The position numbers and the translations under genes are program-made. A stretch of DNA of 64,000 nucleotides from Azolla caroliniana (lineage: Eukaryota; Plantae; Polypodiophyta): positions 16,058,001 through 16,122,000 of the forward strand of contig JBHGNT010000012.1 of the NCBI GenBank assembly GCA_043228905.1, read 5' to 3'. Shown in pieces: positions 36,745 through 49,359 of the stretch (its first letter is position 1; each line of letters opens with the position of its first letter). The notes below the pieces were generated by a model, which did no database searches, was not told where the DNA came from, and saw nothing but the letters and a program-made list of their open reading frames with translations.

Positions 36745-36880
36745 AGAAAGAAAGAAAGAAAGAAATATTCACATCTTCTCAAACCAAAATTGGCCCATGA
36801 GACAATTGGTTTACAACAAAAATGGGGTATTTACCCATTCATCGAAAGTAAAAATAAAAATAAAATAAAATAAAATAAAA
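36745..36880 (-). mobile_element. 5'-truncated copy of the LINE 3' end
   Basis: Reverse complement matches 50830-50966 (GATGAATGGGTAAATACCCC..TGTAAACCAATTGTCTCATGG..(TTTC)n). Confidence 0.75.
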
Positions 36881-37599
36881 CTTAAGCTAAAGAGTTCTAG
36901 AAGTTGAAACCGATGAATCTTAACCTAGAATACAAACAATGACGAGATGAAATGATCTTGTGGGCGAGAAGATGGGCCTTGTGGAGGCCATATGTAAAAA
37001 TTATGAAGTCCTTTTCGAGGAAAAGAGAGAAAGTTTGGACAAAGAAGTGAGGTCTTCTAAGTAATATGAAACCCAAAAAGTTGGTTGAAGAAGAGAAGAA
37101 TGAATAATGGCCTTCATGATGTCATAATTGACCTAATGAAGAGAAAGAGGAAATCTATATCAGAAGAGGGATCGTGGCCCATGAATGTCTTGACAAATGC
37201 TATCACAACAAAAGGGTTCGACGTTGAAAAGAATATGGTGATAGCCACTACACAAGGTTGCACTAGGCTAGATAATAACTAAAACCTCTACTGGGGATGT
37301 GAAGGAAACAACAGTGGTGTAGATAGACCATAGAGCATGGTTGAGAAATTATTCTCATGTCCTTCGACTTCTATTGAAAGGGATAATGGTTGATCAATAT
37401 AAGACATGTTTGGAATACTTGAGTGACATCATGGAGCTTGCTTGAACATCCAAGATAAGATTAGGGATGTTGAATTGGACCAACACTTTTTTGTGCAAGA
37501 GTAAACATTGCATTCTATGATTCTCATAGAGTTGCATATCATGGCACTCGGATGGAAATGAAGGTATTATCATCATGAGAGAGAGAGAGAGAGAGAGAA

Positions 37600-38296
37600 T
37601 GTAGGGGTGTGTAGGATATATGTATCGACGGAGTTAAACTCTCGTCGATGTTGTTTGCGGAGCTCGAACCGGTGTATACCCTTTTGATGGCAAATCGAGT
37701 GGAGATGGTTGTTGGACACCTCTGAGCCTCACACTCACTTAACGATTAATTGATTATTAAGAACGATATCTCTGTCACTCTCTCAAGCTTGCTCTCATAG
37801 ATAATAAGAGACTTAATGAATATGTTTATTAACCCTCTTTGCTAAGAGGTCTAGCACTGACAAGGAAGAGAGATTAGTGTTTTCTAACTAAACACTTCAC
37901 TAATCTCTCTTAAGCTTAAGGGATACAAGAAGGAGGAGAGGAAGCTTTAGCTCTTAATCAATAGGGAGACCTTTACCAAGGGAAGAACCCTTACAAAGTC
38001 ACCACAATGTGGTTTATATAGTATTTACATTTAGGGTTTGCCTCTTTCACACTTGGTTATCCATTACCTCTTGCGATTTCTTCTTCATAGTTCCTTTAGC
38101 CGTATTACATCCTTGTTGATGCGCTCTTCTTCATGACCGATCGTGGTGCAATCCAAGCGCTTAACAAGGTGTTGAACCCATGACCACGTAGTCTCCATTG
38201 GGCAACCTTACCAACTGAGCTATATCCACAATGGTATCTAGTAAAATCAAAGGTACTTATAAAATAATAAAGAGGTGAGATAATGGGTTTCGAACC

Positions 38297-38297
<1 letters not shown>
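37600..38297. mobile_element. Repeat-like insert between (GA)n tracts, with a tRNA-like module at 38163-38223 (minus strand)
   Basis: Bounded by (GA)n at 37577-37598 and 38298-38341; contains TAGCTCAGTTGG...GGTTCAACACC on the minus strand. Confidence 0.4.
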
Positions 38298-38341
<44 letters not shown>

Positions 38342-38346
<5 letters not shown>

Positions 38347-38930
38347 CTATAATGGAAATATATTATAAAATAAAGAGTACTAAATGTAGGAAATAAGTTT
38401 GAAACTTATGATTGGCTTTCAATCGAATTGGTTTTAATATTACAATACTCCTCTATTTGCAGGGCCTTCATGGGAATTCCTGGATTTTATAGAATGTTTC
38501 AAAATATTCATGAATTTCTAGATTATTCCAAAAAGTTCTAAGTCTAGGTGAAATAATATATGGTAATTATATTATATGTGTTATAATAATTATTTTAATG
38601 GTAAGGCTTTGACATGTGTATCATAAGGTCACATGTTCAAATATTTTTGGGGCAATATGCGCCTGACATCATGACACTACCCCCCCTTTTTGAATAACGA
38701 GTATTACGAGTCGTCATTAGTTGTGAACCTGGTATGTTTGGGTATTGTTGATGAAATTCCTCAACAAGGGCTTGAGCATTTGCAACATCCTCCACTAGTG
38801 CCCAAGTGTAGTCGCTTGAACTATAGCCTAACCAATCCAACACAGAATATAGCTTGTTGTGAACAATTGTTAAATAAGGAATAACAACAGACTTTGTACT
38901 CTGGTCCATCTTCAAGTTTAACAAGAGCTA
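38342..38930 (-). mobile_element. Tcn1-like chromovirus 3' end: chromodomain, PPT and LTR
   Basis: DWLGYSSSDYTWALVEDVANAQALVEEFHQQYPNIPG; PPT AAAAAGGGGGGTAG; LTR start TGTCATGATG at 38676. Confidence 0.75.
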
Positions 38931-38984
38931 GAGGCGAGATAGTCTGATTTGGAATAGAACTTATCTAACATGGTTTTAAGAGAG

Positions 38985-39215
38985 AACTATGAAATCTGGT
39001 TGTCTTAAAGAGGTTTAGTTGATACTTCGAACAATGACAATAGCAACAAATATGTGTACTTGGTTGACCTTATTAATAGCATGTAGATGCTTTGGCAATA
39101 TAAATATGGGGAAATTGTGCTTGAATGAAGCTATCAAATTGGATCCTAATACAATAGCAGGATATTCTTTGATGTCCAACATGTATGTTGAAAGTCACAG
39201 ATTAGACATCAATGC
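38985..39215 (+). pseudogene. PPR protein (E domain) fragment
   Basis: TWLTLLIACRCFGNINMGKLCLNEAIKLDPNTIAGYSLMSNMY fits the PLS-class PPR E-motif; isolated and truncated. Confidence 0.8.
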
Positions 39216-39239
39216 ATATCGTGACCGGACCCATTCATA

Positions 39240-39275
<36 letters not shown>

Positions 39276-39646
39276 ACAACTCTCTGTGATACCACTGTCG
39301 TCGTTTGCCTCCGTTGTCGTCTACATCTGTCGTCATCGTCACCTGTTGCCATCGTCTGCTACAGCTGTCGTTGTCATTGTATGTTGCAGTTGTTATCGTC
39401 ACTGTATGTTGCAGTTGTTATCGTCACTACTGTCGCTGTCTGTTGCTGCCATCACTGACTACCGTCGTTGTTGAGTGACCATACTCGGGTTTCTCGGTAG
39501 AGTGCATTCCTAGGGTGTGGGTGCTTGTACTTGGTGCATGAGGTCTCATGGTTTGATTGCGAGCTCATGAAGTGAACAAGATATCCACCAATACTCGGCT
39601 AAGTATTTTCTTCTCTTTTCGTCCATTTTTTCTTTTGAATTACAAC

Positions 39647-40414
39647 ATGGAGTCTAAACGAACTAAAGAACATAAGGAAACACATGAAAAAACAATAAGG
39701 AAGAATTCTTAGATGTCGTTAATCGTTTAGTTAAAATAGAGAGTGAAGTGAGAAAAGAGACCGAAACTCAAAAGCCGCTATATAGGGAAGATAGACATGC
39801 TTATCGCAGAAATAGCGAAACTCAAAATAGAAAACATTAACCTTCATAAACAACTTATTGACATCAAGACATCTAGGGAAGATGGTGAAATATCCTCCCT
39901 ACATGATATTAAGGACGAGATTAAAAAGGTTAAGGAAGAGGTCAGAAGTGACATGGAATTAGTGAAAACCGGTTGGGTCGATGTAGTCAAACATAACATT
40001 AAAAAGGAACTTAACGATGAAAATATTGTAAACACTACCGTTGAGGAAGAGAAAATGTGTCAAGCTCGATGCCTAATTGTACGTGTCACTGGGCTCAAGG
40101 AAGGGGCATCTCCCGACGAAGATGCACAAACACTCAGGAAAATGTTAGGGTACACAGAGGCTCTACCAATCACCAAAACATGGAGGGTCAGATGTGACAC
40201 TACTAGGAAGAGAGCTTTAGTCCTTCAATTTAAGGACTTGGAATCTAGAATCACCTTTTTTAAGAAGAGACCAATTCTTCAAGGATTAGGCGGGGACCCT
40301 ATCTTCCTAGATGAGGACCTCACCAAGATGCAAATTGAGCACCACAAAACTTGTATGCTGCGAGTCATACAAGCTCATAAAGAAGGACATCACACCTTTT
40401 ACCGAGACGGATGA
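39647..40414 (+). pseudogene. LINE ORF1 (coiled coil plus RRM-like part)
   Basis: Heptad-rich N-terminus, VRVTGLKE, PIFLDEDLT; directly upstream of ORF2. Confidence 0.7.
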
Positions 40415-40651
40415 GTGATAATAAATGATCGCGTCGCCAATTGACGGCGTGTGGCCCATGTGACAAACAATAAGATTTGGATGACTTTGTGGAATTGTAA
40501 CAGTGCACTTTTGACACACCTTGGCCGTCTATAGCAGATTTTGAAGGTATCGGATATACTTTTCTTAATAGAAACACATCAAAGTCCAAATAGAGGGCTG
40601 CCACGAGTTGATGGTTTCCATTGGGAATCTTTATTTAGACAAACCTCACGT

Positions 40652-42370
40652 TGTCGTGAAGGATTTGCTTCACGATATAAAAATAAACTTGAATATTGTA
40701 TTAAATAACATTTGAGAGACTTGAACCCGTAACCCAACACACCAAGGACAAAGCATATACCATTAAGATAAGTTATTTTCTATAATTATGTTTTTATCAC
40801 CATACTTATGACGTGTGTATCTTCATACATTAGAGCTTAGATGAGCATGATGGCTATCATGCATCACATGTAAAGCATGTGCGCCAAATGGCGATCATGC
40901 ATGCCATGCACCCCCATATCATCATATGTGATAGCGTGTATAAGACAAAGGATAGTTATACACAATATGGGGGCTTCACCAAACCGATTAGATGGAGTTA
41001 TGAATCATAATATATTATATAGATCAAGGTATCTACGAATTAGAGAGAATGACTCAAGAAATTAAGAAAAAAGATTGAGAAGATGGGCAAGAAATAAGAA
41101 TGTTCTCATATTCCACTATCAAGAGAATACAAAGGAGATAAAGTCCACTAAAACCAAAGACCTTCCTCTTCTACTAAGACACCTCTTCCTAAGACTCCTC
41201 CTCCACTCTTAGGATCATCATCCACTCTTCCTAAGACTCCTCCACACTTAGGACTCCTCCTCCACTCTTAGGATCCCCTCTCTATTAGTTCTCATATTCC
41301 ACTATCAAGAGAATACAAAGGAGATAAAGTCCACTAAAACCAAAGATCTTCCTCTTCTACTAAGACACCTCTTCCTAAGACTCCTCCTCCACTCTTAGGA
41401 TCCTCATCCACTTTTCCTAAGACACCTCCACACTTAGGACTCCTCATCCACTCTTAGGATCCTCTCTCTATTAGTTCTCCTCATCTATGACTATCACTTC
41501 CTCTTTTATAATTTTCTTCTTCTTCCTCATTCACGCTAATTTTAGAAGCTTTTTTATCTCCTATTTTTAGCTAAGACCCAACGACCTTCTAATCATCATA
41601 TCTCCCTCCTTAGAGCTCCGAATTTAGTGATTTAAAACGCTATAGATAACTCTCTTTACAAGCTTTCTAACACATATTTAAACATAATATTTGGGTGAAC
41701 AACGAAGGATTTATGACCATTCCTTTTTTACTGTTTTTTATGGACCGCTTTTTCTCTTTTTACTTTTTTCTTGGTCTCTTACTTTTACTTTTGACTTCTT
41801 CCCTAAGCTCTTGGTTTGTGTTCTTAGCCTCCAAATGTGAATTATCCATACTTTATATTCTTCTAATTTTCAATGGCTTAGCTTCTAAAAACACTTTCAC
41901 AATATGCATGAGAGAACCTATAAAGAGAGATAAGGAATTAAGGGATGGATAAAGGGAAAATAGGGTAATCAATCAATGAAGAGAAAGTTAGAGAAATAAG
42001 ATAATCAAAGAAACAAATAATAAGTTAGCTTGTTGTGAAGAGGCTCGTGTTTCCAAGTTGGAGTCAAGGGTTCAAATCCAGAGTTTGGCAAAGGAAGATT
42101 GCATCTTGCGATGAAGCATTGTACAGTTGGTAAAATCTTGTGTTCTTAATATAAAGTTTGTTCTTATCATACCATTTCAATTCTTCAATCATACATTGTC
42201 TCTATCTTTTTATCTATACTCATCTCTCTGTCACACATTACTTTTAACTCTTCTTCTTCCTATCCTTAATCTTCCTAACATCGATGCACAAAGCCTTATA
42301 AAATATATAGCCGACTCCCTTTAACCTTAGTCCCTGCGATTTTGCCGCACGAACCACAACCACCCCAACA
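40652..42370 (+). mobile_element. 1719-bp solo-LTR-like insertion with 4-bp TSD ACGT in the LINE endonuclease
   Basis: TGTCGTGAAG..CCCAACA; ACGT at 40648-40651 and 42371-42374; homologous to 25376-26916; internal tandem duplication of about 186 bp (41103/41289). Confidence 0.85.
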
Positions 42371-42521
42371 ACGTTGACACACTACTAGAGGGTTTGGAGG
42401 GGTTGCAATAATATTTCGGAGAGAGATACATAATAGGATAGAAATACTAAAGACAACCTGTTTTATGTGGGTGAATGTCCTCACAGGCAAAGATCAGGCA
42501 ATATTTATCGACATTTGTTAC

Positions 42522-42732
42522 TGTTAAGAATCAAACTCAAGTTCCCATAGGAATGGTGTTCACACTAGTCAATGGACAACTTACTAGGACATTGTTTAGT
42601 AGAAAGGGCATTTGCCCTAGACTAGTTGGTATTTAAACCAACCTTTTGTAACTTAGTTACTGTTGGATGTAATATACAGTTTCTTGTTTAGAGCTCTCAC
42701 TCTCACACTCACTCCCTCTCTCATTCTCTCTT

Positions 42733-42767
<35 letters not shown>

Positions 42768-45700
42768 CCTTCTGCTACACAGAATCACTCTTGATTCTTT
42801 TCTTGGTATTAGAGGGAGTGGTAGCTTGATCCAAGCCCATCGCCTTTACGTGTGTTGGGCTCAACTTGTAGAGAACCGACTAATCATTGTAGCAACGATT
42901 TCTGCATAGCTTGCATCAAGAGTAGAAGAAGTTCGACAATGAACACCCAGATGGGAAATGCTCTTCCCACCGAGAAGCTTGATAGAACAAACTTTGCATC
43001 TTGGGAGTACGAGATGCATCAGTACCTTGTCAAACAAGGTTACTGGAGCTACATCGAGGGAGCTCATGAAATGCAACCCAACTTGAGACACGCCGACTAC
43101 CTAGCGTAGGAGCAGGCTGCGAGTCGTGTGTTGTACTGCCTTGCATCATGCATTCATGACCACATGCTTGGCTATATTCGAGATTCGAAAACGTCTAAAG
43201 AAGCTTGAGGAAATCTCAAGAAACGTTTTGTGGCCAATACGGTTGCACGAAAGCTCCAACTTTGATAGGAGCTAAACAACATGCAACAAAGGGACATGTC
43301 GATCACTAGTTATACCTTGAAGATCAAGGAACTGTGCGATGCCCTTGGTTTGATTAATGTCATTATCGATGATGACGAAATGGTGGAAATATGCCTCGGC
43401 AGCTTGGCACCTCGATTCGGCACGATCAGATCGGCCATTCTTGCGAGGGAGAACCCTCCCTCCTTTTTCGACCTTCAATAGATTCAGTTGGTTGAAGAAA
43501 ATCACATTGGACAAATGAACAATTCGCTTGATGGTCTAATGATCTACTCTAAGTCAGGTGATAGAAGATGATTTAGCCGTGGAAATAGAGGTTGGTTCGG
43601 ACGAGGCCGACACGGTCGGCAGACCCAAGAGCGTAACTCCCACCAATGGCAAGAGGATAGGAACCATCCCAGAGAGTTTGGTAGAAGGGGGAGCCACCCT
43701 GGCAGACCAAGCAATCGTAACAACCCGATTAAATGCGGGTACTGTGGAAAACACGACCACTATGAACAAGAGTGCCGAAAAATTATATGAGACTCGACTT
43801 CGACTAGCTGACAACTCACAAACTACACTTCAAATTCCGGCTATGGCGATCGTGGCGGGATGTTCGTAATGAGGCATGAAGCACATTTGATTTCGGCAAA
43901 TGCCCCGACTAGCACCTCTTCTTCAGATAGCATATGGTTTGTTGACTCGGGAGCATCTAATCACATGACGTCCCATGAAAATTGGTTCTGAGAATTACGA
44001 AAGCCCGATCGACCTAGCTATGTCGAAACCGGAGATGATACGACTCACCCAATTCGGTATGTCGGAAATGTTCCATTCGGAAATGACGGCAAAAAAACCT
44101 ACCCCAAGAACGACTTGCATGTCCCCAAGCCAAATTGTCGAATAAGCTATGCAAGTACAATTCAATAATGAAGGGTGCTTCATCGAAAGGATGATCAAAT
44201 CATAGCACATGGTCGCCGAGAAGGCCAAATGTTCATCCTCGAATTAGAGGAGGTGAAATCGGCTACATTCACAAAAGGCCTCAAAGTCGAAACATACTTG
44301 AAACTATGGCAGAAGAAAATCGGCCACATCAATCTCCAAAAGCTCCAGAACATGCAGTCGAAAGGAGTCGTAATTAGACTCCTAACATTTATTGAGAAAG
44401 GAATTACATGCATATGCGAGGTGTGCCAATTCGGAAAACAACACCAACATTTGTTCCCGAAAGAGAGGAATGTGAGTAAATGGATCTTGGATGTGGTACA
44501 TTTAGATGTGTGGGGACCAGCCTAGACCGCAACATTCGGAGGTTGCCGCTACTATGTCACGTTCATCGATGACTTCTCCAGGCACACCTAGATCTACCCC
44601 ATGCGGCAAAAGAGCGAAGTGTTCGGACACTTCCAAAAGTTTAAAAATGAAGTCGAAAAAGCCTCCGGTCGGCACGTACAATGCCTTCGATCAAATGGAG
44701 GAAAGGAGTATTTCTCAGACGAATTTACGGCGTATCTCTGAAAGGAAGGAATTCGACGAGAATTCTTGTGTCGATATACACCTCAACAAAATGGTGTAGT
44801 CGAATGGAAGAATCGGCACATAGTAGAGGTTGCACGGGCAATGATGAATGAGAAGAACCTACCGAAATCATACTGGGTAGAAGCGGCGAACACGGCAGTA
44901 TATCTCATGAACAGGTGTACAATCTGTGGGGTACACGACATAACCCCTCATGAGAGGGTTTTTTGAAAGAAGCTAGATTTATCACATGTTTGGATTTTCG
45001 GCTCAATCGCCTACATGCATATTCCCGACGAGACGCGACAAAAGCTCAACCCGAAGTCGGAGAAATGTATCCTTGTAGGGTACTTGCTCGAACAGAAGGG
45101 CTACAAATGCTACAACCCATCTACCTGAAAAGCTCGAGTGAGTCGAGACGTCGTTTTCGATGAGTCAGCATCCTGGTACGATCCGGAGACGACTCTGATT
45201 TCTACTCCAGTCGACCCGGAATCGGCCGAACGAGAGATAGAAGACAAATTTTGACTCGGACACATGTTAGAAGAAAGTCCGGTTACAACAAGGCTTTCTG
45301 GACCACAGGAGCCCCCGAGTGACCAAAGCACATCACGCCCGAGTCCGAAACTCAACAAAGGGATGGCCAAGATGTCCGAATACGAAGATCCAATCGACAA
45401 CGAGTCAACTCACTCCCTTGACAGTGAGTTCGAAGGCCTAGACATCCCGATCATCCAAACGAATGGAGCGAAGAAAGCATAGTCTCCGCGAACGAGAAGC
45501 TACGTCGGTCCACTCATGAAAAGAACCCCATAAGCTGATTCGGCTATGATGAGTACATGGCATATCATTATGCCTTTATGATGAAGGTAGCAACTGTCCG
45601 AGAGCCGGAAACATTTTCCGAAGCCATGAAGGACCCGCGATGGGTCGACGTGATGAATGAAGAAATGTAGGCCTTGTGCAAAAATGAGACATGGGATCTT

Positions 45701-47183
45701 GTTCCCCATTCACCTCACAGGAAAGCGATTGGTTGCAGATGGGTCTATAAGGTCAAATTCAATGCCGACGGCTCAAGAAGTCGCTTCAAAGCATGACTTG
45801 TCACAAAAGGATACACACAAACGCATAGTCTCGATTGCGAGGAGAGCTTTGCCCTACTGGCAAAGATGACGATTGTTCAGACAGTCATAGCTCTCGCAAC
45901 TGCAAAAGGGTGGCACCTCCACTAGATGGACGTAAAGAACGCCTTCCTACAAGGAAAATTAGAAGAGGAGGTGTACATGATACAACCACCTGGCTTCGAA
46001 TAGCGTACTCACCCGAAAGCCGTGTGCCGACTCAAGAAGCCACTCTACGGCCTTAAACAAGCATTGCGTGCTTGGCATTCGAAGATAACACTATATCTTC
46101 ATCAAATCAGTTTTCGAATGTCGAAATCTGACAACTCCCTCTACATCCGAAACGAGTCGAACAATTTGATTGTCATCATCCTGTATGTGGATGATCTGGT
46201 CATTGGACGAAAGAATCTTGCCGGGATCAATAAGGTCAAATCACTCCTATGCGGCAAGTTCGAAATGAAAGACTTGCACGAGCTCCATTACTTCCTCGAA
46301 ATCGAAGTAATTCGGACACCAATCGGGATACTGATCTCTCAATGGCACTACATTCTCAACTTACTCTACAAGTTCGAAATGACCTAGAGAAAACCTGTGT
46401 CTACCCCTCTCGACTGAAATCTCAGCTCAATGTCGATTCAGGAACCGAAGAGTTTGAGCCGACTCAGTGTCGTCAACTAATCGGTAGCCTCATCTACCTA
46501 ACCATCACACGACCCAACCTCAGCTATTCGGTCAACCTACTTAGCCAATTCATGTAGAACCACCCATGAAATGGTCATCTCAATTGCACAAAGAGGATAC
46601 TTCGGTATGTCAGTATGACGATGGATTACGACATCATGTATAAGTTGAATACGCCTATTCGACTTGAAGGGTACACAGACGCGGACTGGGCAGGCTATAA
46701 AGCTGATAACGATTGACGTCAGGTTTCGTCTTCTCCCTCTGCAGTGGAGCGATCTCCTGGAGCAGTAAGAAGCGAGTGACAATCGCACTGTCAAGCATAA
46801 AAGCCGAATACAGGGGCGCAACAATCGCCACATACGAAGTCATATGGCTCAAGCGTATCCTAAAGGATCTGGGTGCACCCATCAAGGATCCAATTCGCCT
46901 ATACTGCGACAACATGAGCAGTATCTACCTGGCTCAGAATCATGTGTTCCACCCGTGGACTGAACACATCGAAGTACACTATCACTTCATCTACGAGCGC
47001 GTACAAGCCGGAGATATTGACCTACAACACATCAACACGAATCTTCAAGTGGCTGACATCTTCACAAAAGCCCTGGGTATTGACAAGTTGTGGCAATTCG
47101 AGACGAACCTTGGCCTCTCGATCGCTAACCAGCCGAGCTTGAGGTGGAGTACAACAACAACTGACACCGAACAATAGCCGATC
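42522..47183 (+). mobile_element. Degenerate Ty1/copia element (second family): 5' LTR 42522-42803, PBS, gag-pol about 42939-47177
   Basis: PBS TGGTATTAGAG at about 42804; MNTQMGNALPTEKLDRTNFASW, CGYCGKHDH, WFVDSGASNHMT, VHLDVWGP, PQQNGVVE, LYVDDL, YCDNMSSIYLA; many stops. Confidence 0.9.
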
Positions 47184-47218
47184 ACAAAGAATCGAGAGTG
47201 ATACTGTGTAGCGGATGG

Positions 47219-47257
<39 letters not shown>

Positions 47258-47756
47258 ACAAGAGAGAATGAGAGAGGGAGCTAGAGTGAGTGAGTGAGAG
47301 CTCTAAACAAGAAATTGTATATTACATCCAACAGTAACTAAGTTACAAAAGGTTGGTTTAAATACCAACTAGTCTAGGGCAAATGCCCTTTCTACCAAAA
47401 AATATCCTAGTAAGTTGTCCACCGACTAGTGTGAACACTATTCCTATGGGAAGTTGAGTTCGATTCTCAACATGCCCCTTCGAACACAACTTCCGAATGC
47501 CGAAAAGTTGTTTTGGTTCAATCTTTGAAAACTTTGATTCGGCTTAATCGTTTTCGGTTTTTGAGAGGCTAGTCGATATGGCTTACAATTTCGATTGTTC
47601 GACTCTCCATGTTTGCTTGTTCACTTGTTTGTTCGTACTTCGACTCCTCTGGTCGGCTTCGATCAACTGATCGGCTACTGTTTGGTGTCAGTTGTTGTTG
47701 TACTCCCCCTCAAGCTCGGTTGGTCGATGATCAAGAGGCCAAGGTTCATCGCAAAC
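47184..47756 (-). mobile_element. Inverted 3' end of the same copia (RNase H end, 3'UTR, PPT, LTR 47472-47185)
   Basis: 47185-47472 is the reverse complement of 42522-42800; about 47669-47750 is the reverse complement of about 47102-47183; PPT GAAGGGGCA directly precedes TGTTGAGAATC on the minus strand. Confidence 0.88.
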
Positions 47757-49309
47757 ATTCCCCCAAAAGGATCCCGGTATAGGATGCCCTAAAGCTACCC
47801 ACATCATTAACTCCTTCCACATGCCCTATTGGTGTAGACCATAGCTTCCTATACTTTGAGCTAAAGTGCGACACCTCCAACGCCACCAACTCTAGTCAAC
47901 CAAACAATCACACCACCATACATTTCATGCATGAGCTCTCTGACATCTACTCCTGACATGTTCAAGCCTAGCTCTCCTCTATAGCCCAACTCTCCTCTAT
48001 TGATTCTTCCCTGCCTTTAGAGAACCTAACTATAGAACTCACACACGTCTTTCACTCAACAGCGATTAGTAGCTTCCCATACACGAAACACTCCAATGAA
48101 AATAGAATAGGGTCTATGCCACAGAATAGGTGGTATGATGAAGATTGTAGAGCTTTTTATAGACAACTTAAAGTGTCGCGACTTAGTGGTACTATTTCCT
48201 CAATACAGGCTCGCAAAGAGATGCACAAGATGACACGTCGTAAAAGACGAGCTTGGGAAGCATCTCAATATAGGGAACTCTACCACATGCTCATGAGTAG
48301 GGATTGCGCCCTTGCATGGAAGAGACTACGGGAACCGAGACCACAAACACCCATCAAGGATCCCCACACTTGGCACACATATATAGAGAGACTCTACCAC
48401 GTCCCGAACCAACCACCCATTCCAATGACTTCCACACCTCGACCCACCACGAGGACACTTTTCACGACCTCTAGGGTCAGGAAGGTCATAAAAAAATTAC
48501 AACATAGGAAGTTCATGGACCACACAGGATTGCGTGCCAAACACATCATATATTCTCGAGAGTGCCTAGCTCCTTTTCTCACTCTAATCTACAACCGCGC
48601 CCTTGACAAGGGTTTTCCACCACAATGGACTATGAACACAATGGCCCCTATACATAAAGGAGGGGACCCAATGGACCCAAATACATATAGGACCATCATG
48701 ATAGGTCATACGCTCACTAAACTATATGGTGCAGAATGGAAGCAGAGCTCGGCGATTATATGGAGACCTTAAGCCTTCGAGCACCTAAGCAGGTTGGCTT
48801 TAGAAGAGCCTTCTCCACTATTGACCATATCTTCACACTTAGATGCTTAATTGACCAAACGAAGGCTCACAAGAAGAAACTATATTGTTGCTTTGTGGAC
48901 TTTCACAAAGCCTTTGACATATGAGCAAGTCTCTAGGTGCGTCAGATGCCCAGGTGGCCTCTTTGATTGCTTTACCAGCACCATTGGCGTACAACAAGGT
49001 TTCCCCCTATCACCAACTCTTTTTGGGATCTACATTGATGAGATCACTGATTTTATTGCTCGTAAGGGAGACAACGGAGTAGCCATTGGGGGCACGCAAG
49101 TTAGTCTCTTACTCTATGCTCACGACATAGTTTTGCTTTCGGAGTCTGAACACGACCTACAAAAGCACCTTAATGCCCTAGATGACTTTTGCACACAACG
49201 AGGATGTGTAGTAAATCTAACGAAAACCACCCCTTATCTTTCACACATCGTCTTGAGTTAGGAGTAAGTGTCGCCTACTCCTCTCTCATAAACCAATCAA
49301 GGTAGTTGG

Positions 49310-49359
<50 letters not shown>

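Noticed and set aside
38163-38223. Functional tRNA gene
   Set aside because: The boxes are present but I could not pair convincing acceptor and anticodon stems; the same holds for the other tRNA-like modules.
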